A DNA stretch of 24,000 nt, from the NCBI RefSeq assembly GCF_011745685.2, contig NZ_JABUXO010000028.1. The stretch is one strand, 5' to 3'. The notes under the pieces are model-generated. The model made no database searches. It was given only the letters and a program-made list of their open reading frames with translations, and had not been told where the DNA came from. Position numbers and translations under genes: made by a program. Every line of letters starts with the position of its first letter. Position 1 is the first letter of the stretch. Below are positions 19,316 to 24,000 of the stretch, piece after piece. The stretch comes from Bacillus rugosus. GTDB lineage: Bacteria > Bacillota > Bacilli > Bacillales > Bacillaceae.

Positions 19316-19346
19316 TAAAAAAGCACCGAACATTCCTGTCCGGTGC
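19316..19346 (-). terminator. Terminator-like hairpin, copy 1; T-tract only on the minus strand
   Basis: AGCACCGAACA (19321-19331) / TGTCCGGTGCT (19336-19346), loop TTCC, one A-C mismatch. On the minus strand it is followed by TTTTTAT. On the plus strand it is followed by TCAGCG, with no U-tract. Confidence 0.6.
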
Positions 19347-19477
19347 TTCAGCGAGTTGACAAACCTTCGCATTCGTTGTCAGGTCTGTGCGTCGGTGCTC
19401 ACGAATTGTACATTCGCTGTGCTCCAATGCTCGCCCTTCCTAGACTTCAAAGGTTTTCAATCATGCTGAAAAAAGAA

Positions 19478-19512
19478 ACAAAAGCACCGGACATTCCTGC
19501 CCGGTGCTTTTT
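19478..19512. terminator. Bidirectional terminator, copy 2 (yugI terminator; probably also the effective yuzA terminator)
   Basis: AGCACCGGACA (19482-19492) / TGCCCGGTGCT (19497-19507), loop TTCC. T6 follows on the plus strand and TTTTGTTTCTTTTTT on the minus strand. It lies 7 nt from the yugI stop. Confidence 0.85.
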
Positions 19513-19518
19513 TCATGC

Positions 19519-19911
19519 TTATTTTTTGATAAGGTCTTTACGGTTGGACATTTCGATCCACTCTTCAAGCTTATCTTTTAATGTGTTGAAACCTTGTGGT
19601 GCAGAAGCTTCTTCGCTTACTTGCGCAGCTTTAGGTCTTCTTGGTTTGCTTTCTTTTTTCTCAGGCGCAGCTTGTGTCGCACGAATTGAAAGGCTGATTT
19701 TTCCTTTTTCTTCATCAACAGCAAGTACTTTTACTTGTACTTCGTCGCCCACTGAAAGGTGCTCGTTGATATCTTTTACGAAACCGTGAGTCACTTCAGA
19801 AATGTGTACTAAACCTTGAGTTTCTTCATCTAATGCAACAAACGCACCATACGCTTGTAATCCTGTAACTTTACCAGTGTAAACACTGCCCACTTCAAAT
19901 TTTGCTGCCAT
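19519..19911 (-). CDS. yugI: S1-domain RNA-binding protein (general stress protein 13), 130 aa
   Basis: S1 fold sequence VGSVYTGKVTGLQAYGAFVALDEETQGLVHISEV...GDEVQVKVLAVDEEKGKISLSIR, followed by a basic tail. SD TAGGAG upstream of ATG 19911. Confidence 0.92.
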   Translation of the reverse strand: MAAKFEVGSVYTGKVTGLQAYGAFVALDEETQGLVHISEVTHGFVKDINEHLSVGDEVQVKVLAVDEEKGKISLSIRATQAAPEKKESKPRRPKAAQVSEEASAPQGFNTLKDKLEEWIEMSNRKDLIKK

Positions 19912-19961
19912 TCATAACAACTCCTAAGTTAAATTAAATATCTGTTTATACGCAATTTAAA

Positions 19962-19990
19962 ATTATATCACACATGTCTTATTTCCGCAA
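19962..19990 (-). promoter_or_regulatory. Sigma-A promoter with extended -10, for yugI
   Basis: Minus strand reads TTGCGG (plus 19985-19990), a 17-nt spacer ending in TGA, then TATAAT (plus 19962-19967), i.e. TGaTATAAT, ~50 nt upstream of the ATG. Confidence 0.6.
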
Positions 19991-20028
19991 AGAAAACTTT
20001 TTTATAAAAAAACAGGTTTATGCACAGC

Positions 20029-20076
20029 AAAAAGGGGGTAAATTGAAAATACCAAAGGCTTTCTAGTATTCCCCCC
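20029..20076. terminator. Composite G5/C6 hairpin with A/T flanks; probable alaT terminator
   Basis: GGGGG (20034-20038) pairs with CCCCC(C) (20071-20076). Inner stem AATAC (20048-20052) / GTATT (20066-20070). The minus strand continues TTTTTGCTG and the plus strand continues TTTTATT. Confidence 0.6.
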
Positions 20077-20084
20077 TTTTATTG

Positions 20085-20114
20085 GATGCGAACAAAAGGT
20101 TCGTATCTTTTTTT
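20085..20114 (+). terminator. Plus-strand-oriented intrinsic terminator next to the alaT stop
   Basis: GATGCGAAC (20085-20093) / GTTCGTATC (20099-20107), loop AAAAG, followed by T7 (20108-20114) on the plus strand only. The one irregular pair is G-U in plus-strand RNA but A-C in minus-strand RNA. Confidence 0.5.
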
Positions 20115-21273
20115 ATGTTGTTTTATGCAGGAAGCGTTTCATTCTAACTAACGCTTCTTGAAGCTGCTCGATCGAGGTTGCGTATGAACAGCGGATGTAC
20201 CCTTCACCGCTCGGACCAAACACACTTCCCGGAACAACAGCCACTTTTTCCTGCGTCAGAAGCTCTTCGGCAAACTGCTCCGAGCTCATTCCCGTGCTTT
20301 TGATGGATGGAAAAGCATAGAAAGCGCCGCCCGGATGATGACAGCTGAGGCCGATTTCATTGAGCGTTTCCACAAACAAATTCCGTCTTCTTCGGTAGCT
20401 TTTTTTCATTTTTTCTACGTCTTCCATGCCGTTCTTCAATCCTTCTAAGGCGGCAAACTGCGCCATTGCCGGCGCGCACATCATCGCATACTGGTGAATT
20501 TTAAGCATGGCATCCCGAAGCACAGGTGGTGCTGCGGCAAAACCAAGCCTCCAGCCCGTCATCGCGAACGCTTTTGAAAAGCCTGAGATGACAACCGTCC
20601 GTTCCTTCATTCCCGGCAATGCTGCTATGCTTGTAAATTCCTCATCATATGTCAGCTCGGCGTAAATCTCGTCAGCTAAGACGATGACATCATGTTTTTT
20701 GGCAAACTCAGCAATTTCATTCAGCTCTTCCTTCGAATAAACCGAACCTGTCGGATTCGATGGCGAGCAGATGAGAATGGCTTTTGTTTTTTCAGTGACC
20801 GCCGCTTCAAAATCCGCAGCCGTTGCTTTAAAGCCTTTGTCTGCCGTTGTATGGACATGAAGCGGGATCCCGCCTGCCAAAGAAACAAGCGCATCGTACG
20901 CCACAAAACACGGCTCAGGAATGATGACTTCCTCACCTGGATTTACAATGGCGCGTATCGCAATATCCAAAGCCTGACTTGCCCCTACTGTCACAATCAG
21001 CTCATTGTCTGGCGAGTAGCTAAGGTCAAACCTGCTGCTTAAATAACGGCTGATTTCCTCACGCAATGAGTATAAACCGGCATTTGCAGTGTATGACGTA
21101 TACCCTTGCTCAAGGGAGAGAATGCTTGCTTCGCGGACATTCCATGCGGTAACAAAATCAGGTTCGCCGACGCCTAAAGAAATGACGCCTTCCATCGTTG
21201 CCGCCAAATCAAAGAATTTGCGAATGCCGGACGGCTTTATTTGTTGTACATAGTCAGATAAATACGAAGCCAT
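20113..21273 (-). CDS. alaT: PLP-dependent class I aminotransferase (alanine transaminase), 386 aa
   Basis: Aminotransferase I/II fold with the PLP-lysine motif SGFSKAFAMTGWRLG. ATG 21273 directly follows the alaR stop (TAAATG). Confidence 0.9.
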   Translation of the reverse strand: MASYLSDYVQQIKPSGIRKFFDLAATMEGVISLGVGEPDFVTAWNVREASILSLEQGYTSYTANAGLYSLREEISRYLSSRFDLSYSPDNELIVTVGASQALDIAIRAIVNPGEEVIIPEPCFVAYDALVSLAGGIPLHVHTTADKGFKATAADFEAAVTEKTKAILICSPSNPTGSVYSKEELNEIAEFAKKHDVIVLADEIYAELTYDEEFTSIAALPGMKERTVVISGFSKAFAMTGWRLGFAAAPPVLRDAMLKIHQYAMMCAPAMAQFAALEGLKNGMEDVEKMKKSYRRRRNLFVETLNEIGLSCHHPGGAFYAFPSIKSTGMSSEQFAEELLTQEKVAVVPGSVFGPSGEGYIRCSYATSIEQLQEALVRMKRFLHKTT

Positions 21274-21774
21274 TTACGGTGACACCACGATTCTTTTGTC
21301 GTCGTCTCCTGTTTCAAACACTTTGCCGTCATGCTTGTATTTTTTCAGGATAAAATGAGTTGTTGTAGATACAACTGAATCTAGTGTGGACAGTTTATCT
21401 GAAACAAAACGCGCAACGTCAGACATCGAATTGCCGCGAATCACGACAGACAAATCGTATACGCCTGACATCAGGTAAACTGATTCAACCTCTTGGAACC
21501 GGTATATCCGTTCCGCCACTTCATCAAAACCGACTCCCCGCTTCGGCGTTACTTTGACATCAATCATGGCTGTGACGCCTTCATGCCCGTCGACTTTTCG
21601 CCAGTCAATCATAGCGGAATAATCGATGATAACCTTTTCTTTTTCCAGTTTATCAATAATTGCTTGTACTTCATTTACAGGGATGCCCGCCATCTTTGCG
21701 ATTGTTTCTAAATCGGCGCGGCTATTTTCGTCTAAAATTTCTAATATTTCTGTTTCTTTTTCTGTCAATTTCAT
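21274..21774 (-). CDS. alaR: Lrp/AsnC-family transcriptional regulator, 166 aa
   Basis: N-terminal HTH (LTEKETEILEILDENSRADLETIAKMAGIPVNEV) plus an AsnC-type ligand-binding domain. Immediately upstream of alaT. Confidence 0.9.
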   Translation of the reverse strand: MKLTEKETEILEILDENSRADLETIAKMAGIPVNEVQAIIDKLEKEKVIIDYSAMIDWRKVDGHEGVTAMIDVKVTPKRGVGFDEVAERIYRFQEVESVYLMSGVYDLSVVIRGNSMSDVARFVSDKLSTLDSVVSTTTHFILKKYKHDGKVFETGDDDKRIVVSP

Positions 21775-21813
21775 TTGAATTCACACCTTTGCAATGTCAA
21801 GAAATCTCATGAC

Positions 21814-21842
21814 ATTATATCACGTTTTTTGACGAATGCTAA
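21814..21842 (-). promoter_or_regulatory. Sigma-A promoter with extended -10, for alaR-alaT
   Basis: Minus strand reads TTAGCA (plus 21837-21842), a 17-nt spacer ending in TGA, then TATAAT (plus 21814-21819), ~40 nt upstream of ATG 21774. Confidence 0.6.
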
Positions 21843-21923
21843 GAAAAAACGAGGAGAAACTTCCGCTAGAATTGACAATTTCAGGGCACAATACAGACAT
21901 CACATGAAAGGGAGTGACACAGA

Positions 21924-22745
21924 ATGGAGGCGGTCTCACCAATAAGGCGGCATACAGTCAATGGCGTAAATGTATACTACGAACATTATCAAAATCCGGG
22001 CAGGCAAACACTTGTCTGCGTACACGGCTTTTTATCGTCTGCTTTCAGCTTCAGAAAAGTCATCCCTCTTCTTCGGGACAGGTACGACATTATCGCACTT
22101 GATTTGCCTCCTTTCGGCCAATCTGAAAAATCGAAAACATTTATCTATACCTATCAAAACCTCGCGAAGCTCGTCATTGGGATTTTGGAACACTTGCAAG
22201 TCAAACAGGCTGCACTTGTCGGCCATTCTATGGGCGGGCAGATTTCGCTGGCTGCTGCTCTCCAAAAGCCGGAGCTTTTTTCAAAGGTTGTGCTGCTTTG
22301 CAGTTCAGGGTATTTAAAACGTTCGCACCCATCAGTCATTTTCGGGACCCACCTCCCGTATTTTCATCTTTATATCAAACGCTGGCTCTCAAAAGAAGGC
22401 GTGATGAAAAATTTATTAAATGTTGTGCATGACAAATCGCTGATTGATGAGGAGATGATTGACGGCTATGGCAGGCCGTTTCAAGACGAGCAGATTTTCA
22501 AAGCCATGACAAGGTTTATCCGCCATAGAGAAGGAGATTTAGAACCCGAGCAATTAAAGAAAATGAACAAGCCTGCTTTATTGATTTGGGGCGAGGAGGA
22601 CCGAATCGTCCCTGTGGAGATTGGTAAACGGCTGCACGGAGATTTGCCCGATTCCGTGCTGTACTCACTCGGTCAGACTGGACATCTGGTGCCTGAGGAA
22701 CGGCCTGAAATCGTTTCCGAACACATTGCAGAGTTTATCAAATAA
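21924..22745 (+). CDS. yugF: Alpha/beta-fold hydrolase, 273 aa
   Basis: Nucleophile elbow GHSMGG, oxyanion region VHGFLSS, and C-terminal GHLVPEE with the catalytic His. SD AAAGGGAG upstream of ATG 21924. Confidence 0.9.
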   Translation: MEAVSPIRRHTVNGVNVYYEHYQNPGRQTLVCVHGFLSSAFSFRKVIPLLRDRYDIIALDLPPFGQSEKSKTFIYTYQNLAKLVIGILEHLQVKQAALVGHSMGGQISLAAALQKPELFSKVVLLCSSGYLKRSHPSVIFGTHLPYFHLYIKRWLSKEGVMKNLLNVVHDKSLIDEEMIDGYGRPFQDEQIFKAMTRFIRHREGDLEPEQLKKMNKPALLIWGEEDRIVPVEIGKRLHGDLPDSVLYSLGQTGHLVPEERPEIVSEHIAEFIK

Positions 22746-22777
22746 CAAAAAAACCGGTGCTGAACCGGTTTTTTTAA
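22745..22777. terminator. Bidirectional terminator shared by convergent yugF and yugE
   Basis: AAACCGGT (22751-22758) / ACCGGTTT (22764-22771), loop GCTGA, with A7 and T7 flanks. Overlaps the yugE stop codon. Confidence 0.88.
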
Positions 22778-23034
22778 GGCGTACAGGAGCTGCTGTTTTT
22801 AATGAATAAAAGCTGGCCAGCCACTTCCCGGCAGCTGTCAATCGGCAGCATTTGTTCAAAGGAAACTTCAAATATATGCTGAATGCTTTTCGCCAGCGCC
22901 TCGGGATCGTCTTCATCATAGACGGCCTGAACGACATCAACAGCCTCCGTTTCGTAAAACTCTTCTCCATATTTAAACGGGTCCCATTTGGAAATAATCT
23001 TGATCATTTCCCTGACCGCTTGACTTTCTTCCAT
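22774..23034 (-). CDS. yugE: DUF1871-like small protein, 86 aa (up to 89 aa with upstream starts)
   Basis: ORF ...MEESQAVREMIKIISKWDPFKYGEEFYETEAVDVVQAVYDEDDPEALAKSIQHIFEVSF.... Start chosen at ATG 23034 because GGTG lies 6 nt upstream. ATG 23040 and GTG 23043 abut or overlap that SD. Confidence 0.8.
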   Translation of the reverse strand: MEESQAVREMIKIISKWDPFKYGEEFYETEAVDVVQAVYDEDDPEALAKSIQHIFEVSFEQMLPIDSCREVAGQLLFIKNSSSCTP

Positions 23035-23120
23035 ATTCATCACCGCTTATAATATAATTTGCAGTTCAATTTTATCATAGTTACGTGAAGAAGAATAAAC
23101 CTACATGAGGGGGTAACAGA

Positions 23121-24000
23121 ATGAACTTTGATAAACGAGAAGAACGCCTTGGCACCCAATCGGTCAAATGGGACAAAACAGGCGAATTATTCGGCGTGAC
23201 AGACGCACTCCCGATGTGGGTGGCGGATATGGATTTTCGCGCGCCGGAAGCGATAACTGAAGCATTAAAAGAGCGCCTCGACCACGGGATCTTCGGTTAT
23301 ACGGCTCCAGACCAAAAAACGAAGGATGCTGTGTGCGGATGGATGCAAAACAGGCACGGCTGGAAGGTGAACCCAGAAAGCATCACATTCAGCCCGGGCG
23401 TTGTCACAGCTTTGAGCATGGCGGTACAGGCTTTCACGGAGCCTGAAGACCAAGTGGTGGTCCAGCCTCCTGTCTATACGCCTTTTTACCATATGATTGA
23501 GAAAAACGGCCGGCGCATTTTACATAATCCGCTGCAAAAAAAAGACGGCACGTATGCAATGGATTTTGAAGATTTAGAGACGAAGCTTAGTGATCCAAGC
23601 GTCAAATTGTTTATTTTATGCAATCCTCATAACCCTTCAGGGCGTTCATGGGGACGGGAAGATTTACTGAAGCTCGGCGAATTGTGTCTTGAGCATGGGG
23701 TCACAGTTGTATCGGATGAAATCCATTCCGACCTAATGCTGTACGGACACAAACACACGCCGTTCGCTTCTCTCTCTGACGAATTTGCTGAGATTTCTGT
23801 GACATGTGCTGCACCAAGCAAAACATTTAATATCGCCGGATTACAGGCGTCGGCCATCATTATACCGGATCGGCTGAAGCGCGCTAAGTTTTCCGCAAGC
23901 CTGCAGCGCAATGGTTTAGGCGGATTGAATGCATTTGCCGTCACTGCGATCGAAGCCGCTTACTCTAAATGCGGACCGTGGCTCGATGAATTGATCTCTT
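23121..24000 (+). CDS. patB: PLP-dependent C-S lyase (cystathionine beta-lyase / MalY-PatB family), N-terminal 293 codons; continues beyond the window end
   Basis: Hand translation from ATG 23121 (SD GAGGGGG 6 nt upstream) reads MNFDKREERLGTQSVKWDKTGELFGVTDALPMWVADMDFRAPEAI...CNPHNPSGRSW...APSKTFNIAGL (PLP-Lys motif) and is open to position 24000. It is absent from the track because it has no stop in the window. Confidence 0.9.
   Translation, partial: MNFDKREERLGTQSVKWDKTGELFGVTDALPMWVADMDFRAPEAITEALKERLDHGIFGYTAPDQKTKDAVCGWMQNRHGWKVNPESITFSPGVVTALSMAVQAFTEPEDQVVVQPPVYTPFYHMIEKNGRRILHNPLQKKDGTYAMDFEDLETKLSDPSVKLFILCNPHNPSGRSWGREDLLKLGELCLEHGVTVVSDEIHSDLMLYGHKHTPFASLSDEFAEISVTCAAPSKTFNIAGLQASAIIIPDRLKRAKFSASLQRNGLGGLNAFAVTAIEAAYSKCGPWLDELIS

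Noticed and set aside
19211-19426. 71-codon minus-strand ORF found by hand translation (absent from the supplied track), starting at TTG 19426 with SD-like AGGAAGGG 6 nt upstream
   Set aside because: It crosses terminator hairpin copy 1 and continues antisense through the 3' half of yuzA. The product (MEHSECTIREHRRTDLTTNAKVCQLAEAP...) has no hydrophobic or domain-like character, so a type I toxin seems unlikely. The SD-like motif alone is not enough. It is worth revisiting only if ribosome profiling shows occupancy.
19343-19789. 148-aa plus-strand ORF
   Set aside because: It begins inside terminator hairpin copy 1, crosses the spacer and hairpin copy 2, then runs antisense through most of yugI. 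The translation has no recognisable features. An internal ATG at 19462 has a weak AAAGG upstream, but the reading frame is still just the yugI shadow.
1-24000. Search for CRISPR arrays, tRNA/rRNA, IS elements, integrases, prophage or defence-island content
   Set aside because: I found no regularly spaced direct repeats, no cloverleaf-capable segments in intergenic gaps, no transposase- or recombinase-like ORFs, and no large unassigned ORFs. All ORFs over 100 aa that do not overlap a better gene are assignable to known housekeeping or accessory-metabolism families.

Overview
This window reads as a conserved core-chromosome segment of a Bacillus subtilis-group genome. From my memory of the strain 168 map it is colinear with the interval mcpA (3' end off-window)-tlpA-mcpB-tgl-yugU-yugT-yugS-yugP-small membrane ORF-mstX-yugO-yugN-yugM-pgi-yugK-yugJ-yuzA-yugI-alaT-alaR-yugF-yugE-patB (3' end off-window). 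Gene names come from recognising the translated products and their order, not from any search. Coding density is high, and most transcription units end in clear GC-stem/T-tract hairpins. Each of the three chemoreceptor genes is preceded by a perfect sigma-D -10 box (GCCGATAT). I see no rRNA, tRNA, CRISPR array, transposase, integrase, phage or recognisable defence genes. I did not find a convincing novel multi-gene system. The observations most worth a second look are: (1) a 1.3 kb two-gene segment (YrpB-like nitronate monooxygenase plus an 84-aa unknown) packed tightly behind yugU, which I do not remember in strain 168; (2) the mstX (Mistic) 5' end, where the published N-terminal helix coding sequence is present but out of frame across an A7 run, leaving a 22-codon upstream ORF that ends in a TGATG overlap; (3) two near-identical terminator hairpins bracketing a ~135 bp structured spacer between yuzA and yugI; (4) a terminator hairpin inside the 43-bp yugP-yugS junction that separates a strong SD from the yugS start codon; (5) a plus-strand-oriented terminator with no plus-strand gene upstream, next to the alaT stop.
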